DNA from: Perkinsela sp. CCAP 1560/9 | Lineage: Eukaryota; Protista; Euglenozoa: Kinetoplastea | DNA: 64,000 nt | Assembly (NCBI GenBank): GCA_965644495.1 | Contig: CBFFSA010000015.1 | Span: 1 to 64,000 of the forward strand | Direction of reading: 5' to 3' | Shown here: positions 1-9,544 of the stretch, piece after piece | Position numbering within the stretch: position 1 is the first letter of the stretch | Layout of the letters: the number at the start of each line of letters is the position of its first letter | Made by a program: the position numbers and the translations under genes | The notes under the pieces: model-generated | Database searches by the model: none | Seen by the model: the letters and a program-made list of their open reading frames with translations, nothing else | What the model was told of the DNA's origin: nothing

Positions 1-119
1 AGTGGTGATTACAGCTTTGGGCGTTGTCGGAATCGACTTCGGTATTTCCTTGTGGTTTTGTACTTTCATTATGCCCTACGGTTTCCCCATGTTGAGCAGG
101 CGCTATATCGGGTAATTCT

Positions 120-1107
120 TCATTTGGAGATTGTTGACTGTTTTCGGCATGTCCAGGGTTGTTGCTCCGATTTGTTGTGGCTGATGTCTGGTTCTGTTTC
201 AGTCTGGCTCTGGGGTCGTAAATGTCGCTTGCAACAAGAGTGGAGACACTCTGTTTTGTTATGACATTTATGTCCGCATTCACCTTGCTGTGTTATGGGT
301 GGTGGGGGAAGGGGGTACAGTTCCTGCGCTGCACGATATGTGGCCAATGCCAGAACTTACCGCGGATGAGAGGGATCTTCGCCGGGGCGTGTTGACAGGG
401 TCCTGGCTGTGTCCTGTTCGGCTGGCCAGCCGTCGAGGGGGCATATTACCCAATGATTCACTTTCTGTCCGTTCAAATTGGGTCGAGGACGTTGTCTGGA
501 AGGGTCTCTTACAGCACACGTGGGCGCACAGCAGTTTGTCTTTACATACGTGTTTGCATGGGGCAGGCGTTAGCTCCAGTGGAACTGGGAGAGGGGGTGG
601 TAGCGAAGGAGGCACCGTGGGACTGCCCGTTTCCTGTGCAACGGGGTTCGGGTGTGATGTGGTCGTGGGCAGATGGCGTTTGCAGCAAGGATGTAAACAA
701 TGAAGTTCATCTTTACAGGCGTGCCTGCACTCTTGTGTGAGAGGGTTCTGATTTGTGGTAGAGGAAGCTATGTCCGGAGGGTTAGAGCGTGGCCCAGGAG
801 AGGAGCGTGACCGTGCAAGTGGGGGGGAAGCGGTGCGTAGTTTCCGACTTGCGTTGGGAGAAGTCTCAATCCGTGTTGGTTCGCTATCCAGAGGCTGCAA
901 GTGCCGTTTGCAGCAGTCGTGGGCGCAATTACGTTTATCCCTACATATGTGTCCGCATTCCTGGCGGGGGTTTGAATCTAGCGTTTGTTGGGCTTCATTT
1001 GTGGCGTTGGACTCACCATATCCTGGGACATCGGTTCCGAGTTGTTGTACTTCGAACTCGTGCAGAGTGGCTCTTCCTGCGCTATCCCAACGTGCAGAAA
1101 GCGCGCG
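120..1107 (-). pseudogene. Pro/Ser/Thr-rich frame with four CxHxCx(D/N)xxxCxHxCCKR Cys/His motifs (Mer3/HFM1-like zinc-finger pattern), frameshifted; probably TE-derived
   Basis: Motifs ECGHICRDKRNCAHDCCKRH (901-960, in frame upstream of ORF 280..900), ECRHACKDELHCLHPCCKRH, PCKHVCKDKLLCAHVCCKRP, and ECGHKCHNKTECLHSCCKRH in a second frame (ORF 120..347). Confidence 0.5.
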
Positions 1108-1189
1108 TTATAGGGTGTACGGGCGGGCATAAGTGGGGGCAAACAGGAGTTCGTGCATGTCGGCCGTGGTCTGTGGGGGTCGGCCGTGG

Positions 1190-1680
1190 GGGGAGGTGGC
1201 GGAGGGTGGAGGTGGCGGAGTGGCAAGGGCGGACGTGGAGGAGTGGCAAGAAATCAAAGTTTGAAGCACAGCGGGAGCGAGCGTAGTTGGTAGACGGTGG
1301 GCCTTACAACCTGCAGGTTGTTGGTTCGATTCCCGCTATCGACAAAACTGGCAACCTGGCGGCCTCACTTCAAAGGGAAAGCGATCAGGAGTGCCTTCAA
1401 GGCCCACACCCAACCCCGCTCCACTGGAGGACCGACCCGGGACCGCCGAGCTGAACCAGGCTCCAGCGCAGCCGCTAATTTGCGTGCTGCTTACGCAAAG
1501 GAGGCTTGAGACACAGCCCACACGATGCAACGGGGTTGGACGCCCGAACTGGTAGCTACGGTTGGGTAGCCGTGCTCGGGCCGCAAGTCGTCGAGTGCCG
1601 TCTGGGAAGGGGGTAGCAAGACAATGAAGGTCGGTGACCTGAGACTCTACCCTAACGGTTGGGGCCCTCCGTGTTCTTCT

Positions 1681-1712
<32 letters not shown>

Positions 1713-2084
1713 TTCTTCTTCTTCTTCTTCTTCTTCTTCTTCTTCTTCTTGAAGCACATGGTGCTCAGACGGCGAGTTCAAACCCGCTCATCGCAATATT
1801 CCTGGCGGCCTCACTCTAAGAGGCTGGGCTGATAACCGACTAGGCCCAGTACTCGGAGGACCGTCCCGGACCCTCCCGTCAGGGAACCAGCTCCCTTACC
1901 CGGCTTACGCCTCTTGGGTAAGCCGTGTTGACGTACAGTTCGTCGACGAAGCGTGTTGGCAACATCACGTTGGTGCCGCCTTGGGCAAGCGGAAACTGGT
2001 AGAGGACGTCGGCCTCGGAACTTCCAAATCTGTCTGTGAAGGGTCTGGCTTGCCAGTGACCATCCGGAGAAATCCGGAATGATT
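1190..2084 (+). mobile_element. SINE-B (tRNA-like head GGCGGAGGTGGCGGAGTGG), interrupted by a SINE-A insertion
   Basis: A-box-like TGGCGGAGTGG and B-box-like GAGTTCAAACC; same sequence at 9160-9541(-), 22826-23225(+) and 50183-50390(+). Confidence 0.75.
1271..1750 (+). mobile_element. SINE-A, tRNA-Val(TAC)-like head with (TTC)n tail
   Basis: A box TAGTTGGTAGA, anticodon loop CTTACAA, B box GGTTCGATTCC; long (TTC)n tail ~1675-1750; flanked by 10-bp TSD TTGAAGCACA (1261-1270 / 1749-1758). Confidence 0.85.
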
Positions 2085-2371
2085 ATAATATATATATATT
2101 ATAATAATATATATATTGAGGGAGATACGGAGTATCTAACTCGCTTACTAAGGTTAATTCCAAAACTTGAAAATGCCCCTCAAAGAAGCGAGAGATCCAG
2201 TTTTTTCAAAATTTTAAAACGTAGCAGTAGCTCACTAGATGAACTCTTTAATACTCGAAAAATCATCTACAACGACCTCATTTCCCAAATTGTAGAACAC
2301 TTTTGGTAAAAAAAAGTGCGTCTGCAAAGGTCTGCGATACGACAAACTGGTTGACTAAGGAGAGTCCTTTG

Positions 2372-2440
2372 AGTACTCCAGTTGGTAAAGAGGTTCCATT
2401 TTGACGCTGGATGTCCGCGGTTCGGTTCCCAGCATCGACA
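2372..2440 (+). other. Degenerate tRNA-like (Pol III A/B box) segment inside element H
   Basis: CTCCAGTTGGTAAAGAG D-arm/A box, TCCA-TTTTGACGC-TGGA anticodon arm, GGTTCGGTTCCC B box; ends ATCGACA like the SINE-A head; no good acceptor stem. Confidence 0.45.
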
Positions 2441-2604
2441 TTTTAGAACAAAAAAATTTATATGCTCAAAATCGCGAAAAAAACAAATTCGGAACGATTT
2501 TTTTTTTCAGATTTTTTTTTCTTGAAAAAAGTGGCCAGCTGGCCACCAAAAACACGGTTTGCATTTTGTATATATATAGAGAGAAAAATAATGTGCAGGT
2601 CCGA

Positions 2605-3300
2605 GTGGTACAGTGTAGCTACAGTGGACCTTGAGAGAGTGAGAGCAGTGCCATGTGAGGCAGTGATTGCACAGTGATGCAGTGCAGCTGCAGTGGCACG
2701 TGCCAGAGTAAGTGCACTGCCATGTGAGGCAGTGACTGCAGTGATGCAGTGTAGCTGCAGTAGCACGTGAGAGAGTGAGAGTACTGCCACGTGAGGCAGT
2801 GACTGCATCGGCACTGTACCTACAGTGGCACGTGATAGAGTGAGAGCAGTGCCCCGTGAGGCAGTGATGCAGTGTAGCTGCAGTGGCACGTGCCAGAGTA
2901 AGAGTAGTGCCACGTGAGGCAGTGACTGCAGTGTAGCTGCAGTAGCACGTGAGAGAGTGAGAGTACTGCCACGTAAGGTAGTGACTGCATCGGCACTGTA
3001 CCTACAGTGGCACGTAAGAGAGTGAGAGCAGTGCCCCGTGAGGCAGTGATGCAGTGTAGCTGCAGTGGCACGTGCGAGAGTAAGAGTAGTGCCACGTGAG
3101 GCAGTGACTGCAGTGTAGCTGCAGTAGCACGTGAGAGAGTGAGAGGCAATGCCACGTGAGGCAGTGACTACAGTGATGCAGTGCAGCTGCAGTAGCACGT
3201 GAGAGAGTGAGAGTACTGCCACGTAAGGTAGTGACTGCATCGGCACTGTACTTACAGTGGCACGTAAGAGAGTCAGAGCACTGCCACGTGGGGCAGTGAC
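2605..3300. repeat. Complex minisatellite of CAGTG/CACGTG/GAGAGT subunits (~55-65 bp units)
   Basis: Repeated GCAGTGTAGCTGCAGTRGCACGTG...GAGAGTGAGAG; the overlapping ORFs are repetitive translations. Confidence 0.9.
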
Positions 3301-3344
3301 TCACGTTGAGTGAGTCCACTGAGTGAGTCCCACGGGGGTGGGAG

Positions 3345-3566
3345 AGTGTTGTGGAAGAGTGGCCAGCTGGCCATGTTGTGGGAGTGACCATGTTTTGGAA
3401 GTGGCCATGTTGTGGAAGTGACCATGTTTTGGAAGTGGCCAATTTGTGGAAGGGTGGCCAGCTGGCCATGTTGTGGAAGGGTGGCCAGCTGGCCATGTTG
3501 TGGAAGGGTGGCCAGCTGGCCACCAAAAACACGGTTTGTGCTTCGTCGAAAAGTGGCCAGCTGGCC
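3345..3566. repeat. Tandem 18-27 bp repeats containing the palindrome TGGCCAGCTGGCCA
   Basis: GTGGCCAGCTGGCCATGTTGTGGAAGG repeated; 31-bp GTGGCCAGCTGGCCACCAAAAACACGGTTTG at both 2531-2561 and 3508-3538. Confidence 0.9.
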
Positions 3567-3574
3567 TTTCTGTT

Positions 3575-4852
3575 CCTGGGAAACCCGTGATGTGCCTAGT
3601 CAACCTATGCCCGCAGAGGCGACTAGTGAATGGTACGCTAATGATTGAAGATGAAATCATTGTAAAGAACGAGAAGACCAAAGAAGAATTAAGCTCATAC
3701 ATTAAAGAAAATGGAAGGCCTGGTAAAATTTTGGATTGCACAGCCTTCTCAATAGCTGGCATCTCGTCCTCAACAGTAGACGGAAATCTTTCGGCTGAAT
3801 TTCGAAAAAGTGATATTGATGATGAGCTTGAAATTGGGTGCGGCTTCTCTTACACCATTCACAAAGTACAGGGAGCTACTCTTACAGAAAATGTCTGCAT
3901 AGACTTGAACCGCAGACCAACATGCTATCACAGCAAGATGTTATGTCATGCCTCGGTGTACGTGGCCCTCTCAAGAGTAAAAAGTGTGAGTCAACTTTGG
4001 TTACTCCCTGAAAGAAGTGATGGAGGCTTTAGCTACTTGGAAAACTTGCGACCCAACGCCGACGTTTCGAAATTCGTGAAACGTATGACGCAGAAGGAAG
4101 GCAATGAAAAATACGTACCTGAAAAAACTCTGTACCGTTGCCCTCCGCCATCTAAGAAAAAGAAACTGCAAAGAAAGGGGGAATACCCTATGTCGCGCGA
4201 AAGTGAAACTTACACGCGACCCCAGTTAAAAGATCGGACGCAAGACAATCAGTGGACACAACCTGGACAATTTATACCGGACACAGTTATAAACACTTTA
4301 GGTTCAGTACTTTCAAGCCCGTCTGAAAGATATCAAGTATTGGATAGTTCTGTGGCAACTACGATTTTTAAGAGATATGCCACATCAGTAGGGGATTTAC
4401 CGGCAGAAATAAGAACAAGAATTTTCTTGGCTGACCGCACTGCCGTTCCATTCTTTTTCAATCAACACTTCGCTCTATGTGTTATCGTACCGCATGAAAA
4501 TAAAGAAGGCGGAAAGTTACTTTGGTTCGATTCCCTGCCTAACCACAATCCGAGGAGAAGAACTGAAGTGCTCTTAGATGTGCAAACTGTTGCGCAAAAT
4601 ATCTTTCACGGAGCACATGGCTGGGAGATTATACAGGGCTCAACCTTGGTGCAAGATGATGGCACCAATGACTGTGCTTTATTCGTTTGCCGTTGGATGA
4701 TTCAGTGCGCAACTCCAGGTCTCGAAACACCTCCTGAACTGTCTCGTACGGAACTTGCTCAGATCGTCAGCCGGGAATCGGTAGAAGCGGTATGGGCAAA
4801 AGAGCGAAGAACAAGAAATACAGTGGAACAAGAAATGTACAGTGGAAAATAG
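3575..4852 (+). pseudogene. 5'-truncated PIF1-like SF1B helicase C-terminus fused to a Ulp1/C48-like cysteine protease (RepHel remnant)
   Basis: PVMCLVNL..LVNGT, FSYTIHKVQGATL and VYVALSRVKS helicase motifs; QHFALCVI, LWFDSL and QDDGTNDCALFVC give the His-Asp-Gln-Cys pattern of C48; ORF N-terminus is just the tandem repeat. Confidence 0.8.
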
Positions 4853-4922
4853 AAAAGAAATTAGAGTAAATTGATACGAAAATCACATTCATTTTGAATA
4901 CCTTCTTCGTGAGAAGAGGGTC

Positions 4923-4992
4923 CTCAGACAATTATCTCTCGCCTTGACGTGGCGTCTGAGCTTAATGCCTGTTGGCTAACCAAGCAGAGATA
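4923..4992 (+). ncRNA. Candidate HDV-like self-cleaving ribozyme
   Basis: P1 CTCAGAC(4923-29)/GTCTGAG(4954-60); P2 TATCTCTC(4933-40)/GcAGAGATA(4984-92); P3 GCC/GGC; L3 TTGACGT; P1.1 G4946-C4961; P4 with GCC-TGTT-GGC; J4/2 ACCAA. Confidence 0.65.
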
Positions 4993-5201
4993 CATAAAGA
5001 ACTGTCAACGAACGAAATGTTCCGTATGCACGGCCTGGTGTAAGTGTTGGGGGAACCTCGGTTCCGTCTCACTGAGCCAGTGGACGTGCCTATAGGTGCA
5101 CTTTTGCATTATTAAAGTACAACATAAAGGGCTCAATGCTTAACATAAACAAGACGTAAGTAGAATCGAACATAGACCTCCCAGAGGCAAAATGTTAGCC
5201 G

Positions 5202-5421
5202 GGCGGGCCCCTCAAAAAAAAGATTTCAGAAGCTTGCTTTCTTCAAGATTACCTGCCACGAGGTAAAGCACTCCCCGCGCCAGCGGGTCTGCACCGCCTC
5301 GAAGGGCCCTCCCGGCGGGCCCTTCAAAAAAAAGATTTCAGAAGCTTGTTTCCTTCAAGATTACTTGTCACGAGGTAAAGCACCACCCGCGCCAGCGGGT
5401 CTGCGCCTCGAACGGCCCGCC
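5202..5421. repeat. Two tandem ~112-bp copies of a structured GC-clamped module
   Basis: GGCGGGCCC(C/T)TCAAAAAAAAGATTTCAGAAGCTTG... at 5202 and 5314; each copy closed by GGGCC/GGCCC inverted ends. Confidence 0.85.
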
Positions 5422-5424
5422 GTA

Positions 5425-5631
5425 TAACCCAGATTGAAAGGGGCGAGGGAGATACGAAGCAACAGGCGTGGCAGATTCCCACTGAAAAGAAATGGTATCT
5501 CCCGCACGAAGTTTGCCTCCGAGCTAGAAAGCACAAAGGCTTTTCTCGTGCGGGGAGATACCATTTCTTTTCAGTGGGAATCTGCCACGCCTGTTGCTTC
5601 GTATCTCCCTCGCCCCTTTCAATCTGGGTTA
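5425..5631. repeat. Long near-perfect palindrome (~85-bp arms, 36-nt loop), 3' terminus of element H
   Basis: 5425-5509 is the reverse complement of 5546-5631 with one extra G. Confidence 0.95.
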
Positions 5632-5651
5632 ATATAATAGAACTCTTGACT

Positions 5652-6420
5652 CCGCGCACCACCACAGACCCGCTGTCTTCGCAGCCGACCGACTTCATGA
5701 CAGACAGAGCGCCAGAGCATGGGTCCGCCGATACACCGAAAAGGAGCTGATAGCTGAGTATCGCCGCCGCGCTCCCGTCGCCGCTAAATGGTTTAGTGAG
5801 GAGACAGATGCTGAGTTAGCTGAGGATTTTGCGCGAGCTCTGCACAATATACATGGAAAAGAACTCTCTCGGTTTACTTCGATCTTCGTCAGCTAACTCA
5901 CGTGCATGGTGGAATGTGCATGGGGAAATATTGTGTCGGTATGTGTAACGGCCTCTTACAAGGCCGTTATACACACCGACACAATATGATTCTGAAGGTC
6001 CTACTAGACACGCTTCGAAGTTGTGGCCACATACGAGAAATGTATTTTGATCTACCTGGCAACCCCTCCGAGGAGCACCCACCATCATGGCTAGCAAACT
6101 TTAGCACGCTACGACCAGATGGGTGGATTCTCATAGAACATGGCTCAGAAAACATCATTGAACTCACCTCCCCGTGGGAAGAAAATTTTGATAAAGCCCG
6201 CGAACGAAAGTGCGCAAAGTACGAGGAAATTTTGCGCTACCGACAGGCAACAAACGTACGCACGAGCCTCATAACATTTGAGGTCGGAGCTCGGGGCAAA
6301 CTTAGCGATAGTACGCTCGGTCTTTCCTGGGTATTCCCGAAAGATCATAAATACCACGTTCGCTTTTGTCATCGTAGAGGTGATGAAGAATACCAGTGAC
6401 GCCGAATGAGGATCGAATAC
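5652..6420 (+). mobile_element. 5'-truncated RLE-type (HERO/NeSL/R2-like) non-LTR retrotransposon fragment
   Basis: YTHRHNMIL, LRPD, IIELTSPWEEN, KYEEI and FEVGARG restriction-like endonuclease motifs; flanked by 10-bp direct repeat ACTCTTGACT (5642-5651, 6421-6430). Confidence 0.8.
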
Positions 6421-6464
6421 ACTCTTGACTTAGCGTACTGAAGGCCTGGGGCAAGAATCCATAC

Positions 6465-7655
6465 TTATTGGCTCGAAGAACTGGTATAGAAGATTTTGTT
6501 TGATGCCTCCAAAACGCTATCCGTTATTGAATATATCATTTGAATCCAATTGCGCCATGCAGTAGTGCTGTGCTTTTTTATGTTTGCAATTATGTACTGA
6601 TCACAAGGTTGGAACACATGAGTCATTTTCGCCGGGATATCTACGACACTGCAATTGTGATCTTGAAGAAGTTTTCGTACATCTCCATGTTGTTTGGCTT
6701 GGTCAATAATCAAAAGAGCTGTGGCGTGGATTTCCCCAATCTCCATTCGGATCTCCTTAAGATTACCTTGAAACCATTGAACCCATTTCTCAAAGGTCGT
6801 TGCGTCTTGAAAATGAGAAGAAGTCCGATGATCTTGCAAAATACGGTTGTCAAGCTCAGGAACTTTGGCGTGGACTGCATTGGTTGCACCTTTCCAGATA
6901 AATTGAGCACCATGAATTTTTCCATCACCAGAAACCAGGACGCTGCACGTGAACCCAAGACGTGAGGACCCTATTTGAATAGGCTTTCCTTTTTTTGCAC
7001 GTATCCATGTCCATCGATGGTTCTTCTCATCTAGATGACAAAAAAATTCATCCATATTGAACAGCTCGGGTTTCACAGTGCAGTGCTTTTGAAGATCATC
7101 TAAGAAGTTTTTTCCAGCATTTTTTTCCTCGGATGCTGTCACGCGTCGGTGCGACGTTGCAGCTCGAAAATTGAAACCATTAGAACGCAGAAACGAACTA
7201 GCCCACGAATCACTTACAATGAAAGGGCCACCATTCTCAGGCAAAACACTGGGGCGCATTTTGTCAATAAGACCGCGTGCAATGGAGGACACAAACGGAG
7301 CGTCTATAGCCTTGCTTTGGCCATTATAGCAAGTAATAGCTGTCAAAAGCTCCTCCTTCTCAGAGTCTGTAAGTAGAAACGGTCTTCCACGCTGTACGGT
7401 GGGATCTCGGTCCCGAAGAGAAAACACGGTGGTCATGGTCATTCGTTTCTCATGGGTTGAATTCCAGATGCGCACAGCATCTGATACTGTAGAATATTTG
7501 CAAAGAGAGTGAAACTTTTCCAATTCTTCCTTGCTCCACACCTTGCGACGCTTTAGATTGCCTTCTTTTCTTTCGCCATAGTCGTCCAACGCACGTTTGG
7601 GGGCACCGCTTACTGTGGTAGTCTCCAAGGACAACTGGTCGTATTCTCGAGACAT
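6465..7655 (-). pseudogene. pogo/Tigger-like transposase (CENP-B-type HTH plus DDE_1), C-terminally disrupted
   Basis: SDSWASSFLRSNGF HTH region; FNMDE, LLIIDQAKQH and THVFQPCD catalytic motifs. Confidence 0.85.
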
Positions 7656-7682
7656 CTTCTAGAAATTTACAAAAAGAAATTA

Positions 7683-9040
7683 TTGAGGGAGATACTACTC
7701 CCTCGCTACCGTAGGTTAATTCGTCGTGCCCGATTTGTGGACCGATTTGTGGCCCGATTTCGTGCCCGATATCGTGCCCGATATCGTTTCAGGTGATTTT
7801 TCGAAAAAATTATTTACAAAGACGTATGAATCGAATTTAGTGACAAGATTACTAGTTTTTCAACAATTCCGATGGGTACCCCCTGCCCCCCCTCCCACCA
7901 TGGTGATCATATCAATTTTTGAAATTTTGCAAAACAAAACTAAAAATTTGTGGGTGAAAGTGAAAAAATATATTTTTCCCAAATCAACTCTTAGACCGTT
8001 TTTTGAGAGTTTGGGGCCTGATATACGTGTATACGCTTTGGTTTCATTCGATATTTCTCCACCCTGTTCTGGTAATATACCTACAAAGTCCAAAATTTAC
8101 CTGGAAGTGTGTGACACGCAAGTCTGTAGAGGAAGGAGGAGGCGCAAGGCAAAACGGAAGAAGGCGGAGCCTTCTGTCTCTTTGCCGCGGCGACGACGAC
8201 TTCCTCGCGTGGGAAGCTGTAAGGGATCTTAGGGAGCATGTTCCGATAGCTATGTAATCCAGGGTAAAGTGGACGAGGGAGATACTAAAGGCACCTTTGG
8301 AAAACCACCTCGAAACTGGAACGGTATCCCCCGGTTTGTAGGGCATTCTGATGGTGGAGCATTATGATGATGTAGAGATTTCGTGCCCGATATCGTGCCC
8401 GATATCGTTTCAGGTGAGCTTTCGAAAAAAACGTTTATAAAGACGTATGAATCGAATTCAGTGACAATATTACTAGTTTTTCAAGAATTCAGATGGTTAC
8501 CCCCTGCCCCAACCACGTCCCCACCAGGGTGATCATAGCAATTTTTGAAATTTTCCAAAATAAAAAACTAAAAATTTGTGGGTGAAAGCGATTTTGTTTT
8601 TCCCAAATCAACTCCTAGACCGTTTTTTGAGAGTTTGGGGCCTGATATACCTGTATACGCTTTGGTTTCATTCGATATTTCTCCACCCTGTTCTGGTAAT
8701 ATACCTACAAAGTCCAAAATTTACCTGGAAGTGTGTGACACGCAAGTCTGTAGAGGAAGGAGGAGGCGCAAGGCAAAACGGAAGAAGGCGGAGCCTTCTG
8801 TCTCTTTGCCGCGGCGACGACGACTTCCTCGCGTGGGAAGCTGTAAGGGGTCTTAGGGAGCATGTTCCGATAGCTATGTAATCTAGGGTAAAGTGGACGA
8901 GGAAGATACTAAAGGCACCTTTGGAAAACCACCTCGAAACTGGAACGGTATCCCCCGGTTTGTAGACAATTCTGATGGTGTAAAAGTCAAAAAACATATT
9001 TTTCCCAAATCAACTCCTAGATCGTTTTTTGAGAGTTTAG
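7683..9040 (+). mobile_element. Non-autonomous family F 5' portion with 12-bp subterminal repeats and an internal ~620-bp tandem duplication
   Basis: A^TTGAGGGAGATACTACTCCCTC hairpin start; GTGCCCGATWTC/GTGGCCCGATTT repeats; ~7760-8375 repeated at ~8380-8980. Confidence 0.75.
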
Positions 9041-9541
9041 CCTCCGCATGGCCTCTTAGAGTGAGGCCGCCAGGAATATTTGGATGAGCGGGTTTGAACT
9101 CGCCGTCTGAGCACCATGTGCTTCAAACTTTGAATTCTTGCCATTCCGCCACCTCCGCCCCAAATCCAATCCAAATCATTCCGGATTGCTCCGGATGGTC
9201 ACTGGCAAGCCAGACCCTTCACAGACAGATTTGGAGGTTCCGAGGCCGACGTCCTCTACCAGTTTCCGCTTGCCCAAGGCGGCACCAACGCGCTGTTACC
9301 AACACGCTGCGTCGACGAACTGTACGTCAACACGGCTTACCCAAGAGGCGTAAGCCGGGTAAGGGAGCTGGTTCCCTGACGGGAGGGTCCGGGACGGTCC
9401 TCCGAGTACTGGGCCTAGTCGGTTATCAGCCCAGCCTCTTAGAGTGAGGCCGCCAGGAATATTGCGATGAGCGGGTTTGAACTCGCCGTCTGAGCACCAT
9501 GTGCTTCAAACTTTGAATTCTTGCCACTCCGCCACCTCCAC
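9040..9541 (-). mobile_element. SINE-B full copy (9160-9541) in tandem with a 3'-truncated copy (9040-9159)
   Basis: Reverse-complement match to 1749-2084; (TTGGA)n tail at 9160-9178. Confidence 0.85.
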
Positions 9542-9544
9542 CTC

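Larger units (their letters stand above)
2116..5632 (+). mobile_element. Internally deleted Helitron2/Helentron-like element (family H/F)
   Basis: 5' A^TTGAGGGAGATAC in a short hairpin; complement GTATCTCCCTC at 5601-5611 inside a 207-bp terminal palindrome; internal PIF1-like helicase C-terminus and minisatellites. Confidence 0.7.

Noticed and set aside
1271-1345. Functional tRNA-Val gene
   Set aside because: No proper acceptor stem; always attached to the SINE body and tail, with a TSD
1800-1960. SINE-B core as an ingi/L1Tc Pr77-type ribozyme
   Set aside because: Superficial CCTGGC...CCAGTAC similarity, but I could not build P1/P2/P3 in the required order
2458-3762. Long ORFs over the minisatellites
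   Set aside because: Repetitive translations of tandem repeats with no domain signal
5202-5421. Hammerhead or HDV ribozyme in the 112-bp modules
   Set aside because: Catalytic core residues and pseudoknot pairings are not satisfied on either strand
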